The notes beneath the pieces were generated by a model, which was not told where the DNA came from, did no database searches, and was given only the letters and a program-made list of their open reading frames with translations. Position numbers and translations under genes: made by a program. From a bacterium (GTDB lineage Bacteria > Hydrothermota > 32-111): a stretch of DNA of 21,126 nucleotides. Positions 10,030-18,420 of this stretch are shown here, in pieces; position 1 is the stretch's first letter, and each line of letters opens with the position of its first letter. The DNA is taken from contig JAWOBN010000041.1 of NCBI GenBank assembly GCA_046484245.1, forward strand, positions 1 to 21,126, given 5' to 3'.

Positions 10030-11799
10030 CTAATCCATTACTGCTGTTTCTCTGATTATTTCTTCAAGTGTCGTCATTCCCCTCTTCATCTTCAAAACAG
10101 CGTCATCTCTTAATGTTTTCATGCCTTCCTTTCTTGCCTGTTCACGGAGATCCTTTGTTGATGAGTCATGCAGTATCATTTCCCTTATGGATGACGAAAT
10201 GGGCATAACCTCTGTTACAGCCATTCTGCCCTTATATCCTTTACCATTGCACTGTTCACATCCGTCACCTGCTTCAAAGAGCTGATGACCTTTGAGTATT
10301 GTCGGGTCTATGTCATATCCCCGTATGACCTCATCTGTGTATGTTGCAGGTTTCTTGCAATTGGGACAGACCTTCCTCAGCAAACGCTGCGCCTGTATCA
10401 AATTGAGTGCAGCTGATACGAGGAATGGCTCTATGCCCATGTCAATCAGACGGTTTATTGTTGAAGGCGCATCATTGGTATGTATTGTTGATACAACAAG
10501 ATGTCCCGTGAGGGCTGCCCTCACTGCAATGGAAGCTGTTTCCGTATCCCTTATCTCACCGACAAGAATCACATCAGGCGACTGCCTTAGAAAAGCCCTC
10601 AGTGCGCGCGCAAAATCAAGGCCCACGGAACTGTTCATCTGCACCTGATTGATGCCGAATAGATTATACTCCACCGGGTCCTCTGCAGTCATTATATGTA
10701 CATCAGGCTGATTGAGCGATGACAGTGCAGAATACAGTGTTGTGGACTTTCCGCTTCCCGTAGGACCTGTTACAAGAACAATGCCGTACGGTTCATCAAT
10801 TGCCTTCTTGAATTTCTGGAGATTGTCAGGTTCAAATCCAAGCTGCTCCATCTCCAGTTTGAGTGATGATTTGTCCAGAAGACGCATCACAACCTTTTCG
10901 CCGAACAGTGTCGGGATTATTGAAACACGGAGGTCTATGGTCTTGCCCTGCACAATTATCCTTATCCTGCCGTCCTGCGGCACATTATGAATGGATATAT
11001 CCAGGTCAGCCATGAGCTTCAGTCTGGATACAATGCCCGCTTTCATATTGACAGGCGGTTTCATCAATTCAGCAAGTACACCGTCAACCCTGAGGCGCAC
11101 TCTCAGCATGCCTTCATAGGGCTCTATGTGGATATCACTTGCCTCCATGTCAACTGCCTTATTGAAGACATAATTCACAATCCTTACAACAGGTTTCTCA
11201 TTTGCCGCGTGGGCATCACTGATAATATGCTCATCAGAACCATCTCCGACAACCTCAAAATCATCATCGTCATCATCATCAAATATATCAATTTCAATAT
11301 CCTCTTCCAGACCCTCATCCTCAAGGTCAATGTCAATGTCCAGTTCATCCTCCTCCTCATAATCAGCTATCTGGGTCTGCGCCTTCCTGTAGGCGCCCAA
11401 TGCCTTTTTGAGGGATGATTCCGTTGTAACAACAGGTATGATATCATACCCTGTCTTGAACTTCACATCATCTATTGCATTGAGGTTTGCGGGATTGACC
11501 ATTGCTATGAAGAGCATATTGCCCACTTTCTTATACGGTATGAGCTGATGCTTTGCAGCCATATCCTCAGAGACGAGGTTGAGTACCGGAATCGGAATAT
11601 CCTCTTTATCTATTTCAACAAATTCTGTCTTGAAGTATTTAGCGAGGAATTTTGCAACCTTGTCTTCTGTGGAATATCCCAGGGATATCATTGTCTGTAT
11701 GAATGTACCGCCTGTCTCCTTCTGGGCATCAAAGACCTTTTTCACCTGGTCCTTGCTCAGAAGGCCGGACATAACGAGTAGATTTGCAAGTGTCTGCAT
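10030..11799 (-). CDS. pilB: Type IV pilus extension ATPase PilB, paralog 2 (degenerate MshEN-like N-terminus, very acidic linker)
   Basis: ASDIHIEP, PQDGR, GPTGSGKSTT, TAEDPVE, VGEIRD, TGHLVVSTIHTN, Zn motif CPNC...CEQC and GYKGR. Confidence 0.9.
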   Translation of the reverse strand: MQTLANLLVMSGLLSKDQVKKVFDAQKETGGTFIQTMISLGYSTEDKVAKFLAKYFKTEFVEIDKEDIPIPVLNLVSEDMAAKHQLIPYKKVGNMLFIAMVNPANLNAIDDVKFKTGYDIIPVVTTESSLKKALGAYRKAQTQIADYEEEDELDIDIDLEDEGLEEDIEIDIFDDDDDDDFEVVGDGSDEHIISDAHAANEKPVVRIVNYVFNKAVDMEASDIHIEPYEGMLRVRLRVDGVLAELMKPPVNMKAGIVSRLKLMADLDISIHNVPQDGRIRIIVQGKTIDLRVSIIPTLFGEKVVMRLLDKSSLKLEMEQLGFEPDNLQKFKKAIDEPYGIVLVTGPTGSGKSTTLYSALSSLNQPDVHIMTAEDPVEYNLFGINQVQMNSSVGLDFARALRAFLRQSPDVILVGEIRDTETASIAVRAALTGHLVVSTIHTNDAPSTINRLIDMGIEPFLVSAALNLIQAQRLLRKVCPNCKKPATYTDEVIRGYDIDPTILKGHQLFEAGDGCEQCNGKGYKGRMAVTEVMPISSSIREMILHDSSTKDLREQARKEGMKTLRDDAVLKMKRGMTTLEEIIRETAVMD

Positions 11800-11801
11800 A
11801 A

Positions 11802-13517
11802 TTACCTCAGTGTGGTTTCCTTTACAACCTCAAGAACATCAACCACCCCTGCCTTGAGTTTCCTTATTGCAGCTTCTCTCAGTGAAATAAGATTATTCTC
11901 TTTTGCAACTGCTGCAAGTTCATCTGTTGACATACGGTTTAATATGGCTTTCCTGATTGCTGTATTCACTTCCATTGATTCAAATACTCCTACCATGCCT
12001 TTGTAACCCGTACCGCCGCATTCATCACATCCCTCGCCCTTGTATATAGGGGCTCCTTCCAATTCCTCGGGATTAATGCCTGCCTCCTTCAATTCCTCCG
12101 GAGACCTGTTGTCGGGAACCTTGCAGTTATCACATATTGTTCTGAGCAGTCTCTGGGATACAACAAGGTTAATTGTTGATGCAATGAGGAATGGCTCAAC
12201 ACCCATGTTGATAAGACGGGTTATTGTGCCCGGCGCTGAATTGGTATGCACTGAGGACAGCACCATATGGCCTGTGAGGGCAGCCCGTATTGCTATCTCA
12301 GCCGTCTCCTTGTCCCTGATCTCACCTACCATTATTACATTGGGGTCCTGCCTGAGATATGCCCTGAGCGCGCTGGCAAATGTCAGACCGACAGATTCAT
12401 TTACCTGCAGCTGATTGACTCCAAGCAGGGAGAATTCAATTGGGTCTTCAGCTGTTGTGATATTGATCTCCGGGTCATTGATCTCTTCAATACATGTATA
12501 TAGTGTTGTTGTTTTACCGCATCCTGTGGGACCTGTAACAAGAGCAATGCCCACAGGTGTCTTGATTGCCCTCTTTATCATCTTCTCTGCATCAGGGTCA
12601 AATCCGAGTTTGTCAAATTTGAATTCCACCTTCTCCCTGTCAAGTATCCTGAGAGCCATCTTCTCACCGTACATTGTCGGTACTGTGGCAACCCTGATGT
12701 CAATGGGCTTGCCGTGCACCTTGACCTTTATCCTGCCGTCCTGGGGTTTTCTTGACTCCTGCAGTTTCATCTGCGACATGATCTTGACCCTGGAAATAAT
12801 GGATTTCCTGTAGCGCCAGGGCGGTGTCTTTGTCTTGTCCAGGGGCTGCAGCACTCCGTCTATCTTATACCGTATTCTCAAATCCTTGTCATACGGTTCA
12901 ATATGTATGTCTGAGGCACTGGTTTCAACAGCTTTTGTAATAAGTGAATTGACCATCTTGACAACAGGCCCGCTGTCAATGGTTGCAGCAAGGTCTCCGC
13001 CCTGCTCATCCGCCTCTTCATTTTCATCCTTTCTGACAACCTCTATGTCATCATCCAGAATATCATCATCAACCACCTCATCCAGTATCTCCTGGGATTC
13101 ATAGTATTTCTCAATATAACTCGTTATCACGCGGTCTGATGCAACAAGCGGGATTATATTGAGATTGGTGGTGAACTTGATGTCTTCAATAGCAAACACA
13201 TCAGCAGGATTGGACATTGCGAGATAGAGGCTTCTGCCCTCTCTTCTCACAGGGAAAACATTGTATTTTGTGGCTGTCTTGGGCGGCACGGTTCTCAGCA
13301 GCCCGGGGTCAACAACCACATCATTGAGGTCAATTGACTGGACCTTGAACTGTTTTGCCAGAAATTCAATGAGTTTCTGCTGGGATATATACTCCTTGTC
13401 CACGAGTATGTTTCCCAGCTTCTCACCTGACTCCTGCTGCTGGTTAAGTGCATCCTCTAACTGCTGCTCATTTATCAATCCGGCATTGATTAGTAAAGTG
13501 CCTAATTTCTCTGCCAT
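11802..13517 (-). CDS. pilB: Type IV pilus extension ATPase PilB, paralog 1 (near-consensus MshEN N-terminus)
   Basis: N-terminal KLGTLLINAGLINEQQLEDALNQQ; ASDIHIEP, PQDGR, GPTGCGKTTT, TAEDPIE, VGEIRD, TGHMVLSSVHTN and CDNC...CDEC. Confidence 0.9.
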   Translation of the reverse strand: MAEKLGTLLINAGLINEQQLEDALNQQQESGEKLGNILVDKEYISQQKLIEFLAKQFKVQSIDLNDVVVDPGLLRTVPPKTATKYNVFPVRREGRSLYLAMSNPADVFAIEDIKFTTNLNIIPLVASDRVITSYIEKYYESQEILDEVVDDDILDDDIEVVRKDENEEADEQGGDLAATIDSGPVVKMVNSLITKAVETSASDIHIEPYDKDLRIRYKIDGVLQPLDKTKTPPWRYRKSIISRVKIMSQMKLQESRKPQDGRIKVKVHGKPIDIRVATVPTMYGEKMALRILDREKVEFKFDKLGFDPDAEKMIKRAIKTPVGIALVTGPTGCGKTTTLYTCIEEINDPEINITTAEDPIEFSLLGVNQLQVNESVGLTFASALRAYLRQDPNVIMVGEIRDKETAEIAIRAALTGHMVLSSVHTNSAPGTITRLINMGVEPFLIASTINLVVSQRLLRTICDNCKVPDNRSPEELKEAGINPEELEGAPIYKGEGCDECGGTGYKGMVGVFESMEVNTAIRKAILNRMSTDELAAVAKENNLISLREAAIRKLKAGVVDVLEVVKETTLR

Positions 13518-13527
13518 ATAATATAAA

Positions 13528-13556
13528 ATATTATCATTAAATATTTAATTAGTCAA
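13528..13556 (-). promoter_or_regulatory. Putative sigma70-type promoter for the pil operon, with a 14-bp palindrome in the spacer
   Basis: Minus strand: TTGACT (13556-13551), 17-nt spacer, TAATAT (13533-13528) with an extended -10 TGn, then 10 nt to the pilB ATG and no SD. Perfect palindrome ATTAAATATTTAAT at 13536-13549. Confidence 0.55.
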
Positions 13557-15290
13557 GCTGTAAGCTGATTGGAGAAAACCGTAAAAGAGCGGTGAAGGAC
13601 TCTCAATTGATGATTTGAATTCCGGATGTGCCTGTGTTGCTATGAAAAACGGATGGTCTTTCAGTTCAATAAACTCCATCAATGTTTCATCTTCGGATAA
13701 TCTGTGGAATCCGGAGAAGACAAGTCCTCTATCTTCAAGCTCTTTTGTATATCCCGGATTGACCTCATACCTGTGCCTGTGTCTCTCCAGTATGCATATA
13801 TCATCATCCAGGTGTGAACCGAGTCTGAATCTGTTTATTTTATCATTGTCTATCTCTTCAATTCTTCTTCTGTCCTCTTGAGTCCTGTTCCTCTCATCAT
13901 AGAGACTGGCAACTGCAGTATTGGCTTTCAGTACTGCCAGATAAGCCCCGAGGCGCATGGATCCGCCGTACTGTTTATTCCTTATGATATCCTCCTGGGA
14001 TTTGAGTATATCAATGACAGGGAAAGAAGTGCCGGGATCAATCTCAGTTGAATTGGCATCCCTCATACCGCATACATTGCGCGCAAATTCAACAACTGCC
14101 AGCTGCATGCCGAAACAGAGCCCGAGATAGGGGATGTTGTTCTCGCGCGCAAAGCGTATTGCCTCTATCTTTCCTTCAACACCCTCTTTGCCGAAACCGC
14201 CCGGCACGAGTATGCCATTATATCCTGCAAGTCTGTTGACATCAAATGCGCCGCTTTCAATATCCTGTGATGATATCCATTCAATCTCAACACCGATATT
14301 ATTGTTGCATGCTGCATGCTGCAATGCCTCATTGACGGATATATAGGAATCAGTCAGTGAGAATTTGCCTATATCAAGATACTTGCCGACCATTGCTATC
14401 TTAATTGTAGCAGGGGGCGATTCAATGATATTGGTCAATTTCTCCCAGTGACTCCAGTCACTTTTACTGCGCGGTTCAATGTCAAATTCCGAGAGTATCT
14501 TCTCACCTAATCTGTCTGCCTGGAAATTGAGCGGGATTCTGTACAGCACATCTGTATCAGGAGCTGATATCACATGCTCAGACTGGATATTTGCATATGT
14601 CTCAATCTTCTTCTTCCTCACACTGTCAAGTGCCTGGGGCGCCCTGCATAGAATGAAGTCAGGGAATATCCCGTGCTCGGAGAGGAGTTTTATTGCCTGC
14701 TGTGTCGGTTTTGTCTTCATCTCGCCTATATGCTTGGGAGTGGGCAGATAGGTGACCATAATATGCTTCATATTATTGTCGCCTATATCCCTCTGCAGAC
14801 TCTTTATTGCAAAGAGATACGGAATATTCTCATAGTCCCCTATTGTACCGCCTATTTCAATGAGCACAAATTCCCTGCCCTCTGAAACAAGTCTTATGCG
14901 CCTGATTATCTCTTCGGGGATATGGGGTATGAACTGCACTGTCTTGCCCAAATATTTCCCCTGTCTCTCCTTTTCAATGACCTTGGAATATATCTGGCCT
15001 GTTGTAATATTGTTCTTCTTTGAGAACGGATTGCCGAGGAATCTCTCGTAATTGCCGAGATCCTGGTCAATCTCACCGCCGTCATCCGTGACCCACACCT
15101 CTCCGTGTTCAGTCGGCCTCAATGTGCCTGCATCAAAATTGATGTAGGGGTCAATCTTCAGTACAGTGACATCAAATCCGTATTCCTGCAGTATCTTGCC
15201 TATGGAGGCAGTAGCGATGCCTTTACCGACACCGCTGATAACCCCGCCTGTTACAATAATATACTTGGGAAATCCATTAGACCTCTTCAT
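13545..15290 (-). CDS. pyrG: CTP synthase
   Basis: VTGGVISGVGKGI, KIDPYIN, HGEVWV..DGGEIDQDLGNYERF, KTKPTQ, VPGGFG, catalytic GLCFGMQ, ERHRHRYE and QAHPEF. Confidence 0.97.
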   Translation of the reverse strand: MKRSNGFPKYIIVTGGVISGVGKGIATASIGKILQEYGFDVTVLKIDPYINFDAGTLRPTEHGEVWVTDDGGEIDQDLGNYERFLGNPFSKKNNITTGQIYSKVIEKERQGKYLGKTVQFIPHIPEEIIRRIRLVSEGREFVLIEIGGTIGDYENIPYLFAIKSLQRDIGDNNMKHIMVTYLPTPKHIGEMKTKPTQQAIKLLSEHGIFPDFILCRAPQALDSVRKKKIETYANIQSEHVISAPDTDVLYRIPLNFQADRLGEKILSEFDIEPRSKSDWSHWEKLTNIIESPPATIKIAMVGKYLDIGKFSLTDSYISVNEALQHAACNNNIGVEIEWISSQDIESGAFDVNRLAGYNGILVPGGFGKEGVEGKIEAIRFARENNIPYLGLCFGMQLAVVEFARNVCGMRDANSTEIDPGTSFPVIDILKSQEDIIRNKQYGGSMRLGAYLAVLKANTAVASLYDERNRTQEDRRRIEEIDNDKINRFRLGSHLDDDICILERHRHRYEVNPGYTKELEDRGLVFSGFHRLSEDETLMEFIELKDHPFFIATQAHPEFKSSIESPSPLFYGFLQSAYSLTN

Positions 15291-16908
15291 TGGTCACTTC
15301 ACCTGTTCTGTCTGTAACTATGAGACGCCTCTTGGACTTGTCAATCTCAATTATCTTGACCTCTATCTCCTTGTCCTTCGGGTAATCCGCCTCAGGAGTC
15401 TCCGATGGTATTGCAATGAGCCGGCTCGGTATAATTGCCTTGAACGGCTCGTCAATATCAATGATAACTGTCTTGTCTTTTGTCTCAAAGATCTTGCCTG
15501 TCACCATGTCCCCGACATTATACTTGTCTATCGGGTCATCACCCATCTGTTTGAGTCCGAGGGAGATTCTCTTCTTTATCGGGTCAATATTGATTATCTT
15601 AGCCTCAATTTCTTCACCTTCATTGAATTCCTCTTCTGCCTCAAGGTCTGTCTTGTCCCATGATACATTGGATATATGAAGGAGTGCTTCAATACCCGGA
15701 GCTATTTCAACAAATGCCCCGAATTTGGCAACCTTCTTCACTGTGCCTTCAACAATATCGCCCTCATTGAATCTGTCCCACGGATTATCGGCAAGCTGTT
15801 TGATACCCAGTGAAATGCGCTCATTCTTCTTGTCAATACTCAGCACAATCGCCTCTACCTCATCGCCTATTTCTACAACCTCTGAGGGGTGTTTGATATG
15901 CTGTGTCCATGACATCTCGGATATGTGTATGAGACCCTCAACACCCTTTTCCAGTTCAACAAAAGCACCATAATCCTCAATGGATATGATCTTGCCCTCC
16001 TGTCTGCTGCCAATGGGGTATTTCTCTTCAATATCCTTCCACGGATAGGGTGTAAGCTGCTTGAGTCCGAGTGAGATCCTTCCTCTCTCCCTGTCTATGG
16101 ATGTTACCATCACCTTGACAGTATCGCCTATTGAGACAATTTCAGAGGGGTGGAGAATCCTTCCCCAGGACATATCAGTGATATAGAGGAGTCCGTCAAT
16201 ACCGCGCTCTATTTCAATGAATGCACCGAATTCAGTGATATTCTTCACAACACCTTCAACAATATCGCCCTCATTGAGATTCTCAATATACTCCATCTTG
16301 CGGTCCTCTTTCTCTGATTCCAGTATAACCCTTCTTGAAACAACAATGTTCCTTCTCTTGTAATTGAGCTTGATTACCTTGAATTTCATCCTCTCGCCGA
16401 TGAGAGCATCCATATCGGATACAGGCTGAAGATCAATCTGCGAACCGGGAAGGAATGCTTCAACACCCAGGAGGCTGACAATCATGCCGCCTTTGACCCT
16501 CTTCTTGATAACACCCTCAACAGGTGAACCATCCTCATTGCTCTCTTCAAGCTTGGGCCATAATTGAAGGAATCTGGCTTTCTTCAGTGATATATCGGCA
16601 AATCCCTGATTGTTCTCAAAATTCTCAATATAGACCTTAATGGTATCGCCCACTTCAATTTCATCCGGGTCAGCAACATCGGAGAGTGAAACAATACCCT
16701 CTGATTTGAGTCCCACATCAATGATGAGATCTTTATCTGTCTTCCTTACAACCCTTCCGTCAATTATCCTCTCCTCATCATCACCATCGCCTCTTTTGTC
16801 AAGCAACGGCAGGTCATAGGTGTGGAGGGATTCATTGATAAGCTCCTCCATCTTCTCATTGGAATAATCCGTCTGCACTTCAAATGTGTAGTCTTTTTTT
16901 TCTGACAT
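15277..16908 (-). CDS. rpsA: 30S ribosomal protein S1
   Basis: Six tandem S1 domains (DVGLKSEG, AFLPGSQ, FGAFIEI..GIDGLL, YGAFVELEKGVEGLIHISEMSW, RISLGLKQ). Strong SD AAGGAGG upstream. Confidence 0.96.
   Translation of the reverse strand: MSEKKDYTFEVQTDYSNEKMEELINESLHTYDLPLLDKRGDGDDEERIIDGRVVRKTDKDLIIDVGLKSEGIVSLSDVADPDEIEVGDTIKVYIENFENNQGFADISLKKARFLQLWPKLEESNEDGSPVEGVIKKRVKGGMIVSLLGVEAFLPGSQIDLQPVSDMDALIGERMKFKVIKLNYKRRNIVVSRRVILESEKEDRKMEYIENLNEGDIVEGVVKNITEFGAFIEIERGIDGLLYITDMSWGRILHPSEIVSIGDTVKVMVTSIDRERGRISLGLKQLTPYPWKDIEEKYPIGSRQEGKIISIEDYGAFVELEKGVEGLIHISEMSWTQHIKHPSEVVEIGDEVEAIVLSIDKKNERISLGIKQLADNPWDRFNEGDIVEGTVKKVAKFGAFVEIAPGIEALLHISNVSWDKTDLEAEEEFNEGEEIEAKIINIDPIKKRISLGLKQMGDDPIDKYNVGDMVTGKIFETKDKTVIIDIDEPFKAIIPSRLIAIPSETPEADYPKDKEIEVKIIEIDKSKRRLIVTDRTGEVTNEEV
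15746..16277. repeat. 25-bp exact direct repeat between two S1 domains of rpsA (15746-15770 and 16253-16277)
   Basis: ccttcaacaatatcgccctcattga occurs at both positions and encodes NEGDIVEG on the minus strand. Flanking bases also partly match. Confidence 0.85.
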
Positions 16909-16928
16909 AGTTAATGTCCTCCTTTTAT

Positions 16929-17786
16929 TTATTTATCTTTTAAGTAATTTTTTACATCTTCAATGATCCAGTCCGGTGTTGAAGCTCCTGCAGCTATGCC
17001 TATTGTCTCAATCCCGTCTTCAAACCAGCTGTCTTCAATATTACCGGCTGTCTCAATATGATATGTTCTTTCCTGAATTTTCCTGCACAAATTATATAGC
17101 CGTTTTGTATTGGCGCTGTTGTAACCGCCTATTATGAGCATCATATCGGTTCTCTTTGCCAGTGACACTGCTGCCTGCTGCCTCAGTGATGTGGCATTGC
17201 ATATTGTATTGTATATATGGAGTTCCTTGAAATAATCACAGAGCACATTTATCGTATTCTTGAAATCCTCGTAATTCTGTGTTGTCTGCGAGACAATGCC
17301 GACACGGTCGGAATCAATGCCTTTGATCTTCATCACATCATCCTGGCCGGCCACAACAAGAACCTTTTCTGCTATCTGCGATTTCAATGCCTTGACTTCA
17401 GGGTGATTGGGCTCACCTATGATTATAACGGGGAAACCCTCATTATTGAGATGAACAACATAATCCTGGGCTTTTCTCACAAAGGGGCATGTGGCGTCAA
17501 TCAGTGTCACATCCTTCTTCTCCAGCTTGTCCAGTATGTGCTTTTCAACACCGTGCGTCCTCAGTATGACCACTCCGCTGTCAATATCATCAATTTCCTC
17601 AGGAGAATCCAGAACCTTCACACCCTTTTTCTTCATTCTTTCAACTGTCTGGGGATTATGAATAATGGGACCCAGTGTGTAAATATCCTCGTCTGAATAC
17701 CGGCTTGCCACTTCCTCTATCATATTGATTGCTCTCTTCACGCCGAAACAGAAGCCTGAATGTTCTGCAGATATTATCTTATACAT
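16929..17786 (-). CDS. ispH: 4-hydroxy-3-methylbut-2-enyl diphosphate reductase
   Basis: GFCFGVKRA, IHNP, HG, DATCPFV, HPEV, SQTT, TICNAT, SANT and AGASTP, including the three Fe-S cysteines. Confidence 0.96.
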   Translation of the reverse strand: MYKIISAEHSGFCFGVKRAINMIEEVASRYSDEDIYTLGPIIHNPQTVERMKKKGVKVLDSPEEIDDIDSGVVILRTHGVEKHILDKLEKKDVTLIDATCPFVRKAQDYVVHLNNEGFPVIIIGEPNHPEVKALKSQIAEKVLVVAGQDDVMKIKGIDSDRVGIVSQTTQNYEDFKNTINVLCDYFKELHIYNTICNATSLRQQAAVSLAKRTDMMLIIGGYNSANTKRLYNLCRKIQERTYHIETAGNIEDSWFEDGIETIGIAAGASTPDWIIEDVKNYLKDK

Positions 17787-18420
17787 ATTGCTTTAAATCC
17801 CCTATCTCATTCATCATTATCTGAGCCACCTTTCTCGCATTTCTTGAATTGACCCTGATTCGTGATATATCAATCAAATCCCCCATGACAACAGTCAATT
17901 GTCTCAGACCGAGGATTATCTTCCACATCGGTTCATCAGCATTATGAATGAATACAGGCAGTATGTTGACACCGCCCTTGAGTGCAATATAACCTGCCCC
18001 CGGTTTGCCCTTCATCAGCTTGCCTGTCTTATTCCTTGTTCCCTCCGGGAATATTATCAATTTGCCTTTATTGTCCAGCACATTGAAACTGCGCTTTATT
18101 GCATTGATATCCATGCCTGCCCTGTTCAATGGTATGGCATGTATTGCAGTGAGGAATTTGCCGTAGAGCTTGTGTATATTGAACAACTCCCTTTTAGCCA
18201 GTATATACACATTCTTTGAGCCGGACAATCTGCATGTGAGATATCCTATGAGAGGGGGGTCAATGAATGATATATGATTGGAAACAACTATCAGGGGCCC
18301 GTGTTTTCTGGGGAATGTTCCGATAATATTGACACGGAACAAATACGAAAAAATTAGGTCAGCTGCTTTCAGTGTCAGATTGAATATTTTCTCTGATCTT
18401 TTTTGCTTTAGAGACAACAA
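17779..18420 (-). CDS. plsC: 1-acyl-sn-glycerol-3-phosphate acyltransferase
   Basis: NHISFIDP (NHxxxxD), LAKRELF and FPEGTR motifs. The start is uncertain (TTG inside cmk, 62-bp overlap). Confidence 0.88.
   Translation of the reverse strand: MLSLKQKRSEKIFNLTLKAADLIFSYLFRVNIIGTFPRKHGPLIVVSNHISFIDPPLIGYLTCRLSGSKNVYILAKRELFNIHKLYGKFLTAIHAIPLNRAGMDINAIKRSFNVLDNKGKLIIFPEGTRNKTGKLMKGKPGAGYIALKGGVNILPVFIHNADEPMWKIILGLRQLTVVMGDLIDISRIRVNSRNARKVAQIMMNEIGDLKQYV

Noticed and set aside
11260..11280. (TCA)n triplet run as a possible contingency or phase-variation repeat
   Set aside because: It is an in-frame, interrupted triplet run encoding poly-Asp, so slippage would not switch the frame. It is covered under the acidic linker.
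16909..16928. Possible IspH-RpsA fusion as found in some Firmicutes
   Set aside because: ispH has its own TAA, the 20-nt gap is out of frame, and rpsA has a strong AAGGAGG SD.
18398..18404. A-AAA-AAG heptamer in the cmk frame as a programmed -1 frameshift into plsC
   Set aside because: The -1 frame stops within a few codons (GAT CAG AGA AAA TAT TCA ATC TGA). plsC is in the +1 frame.
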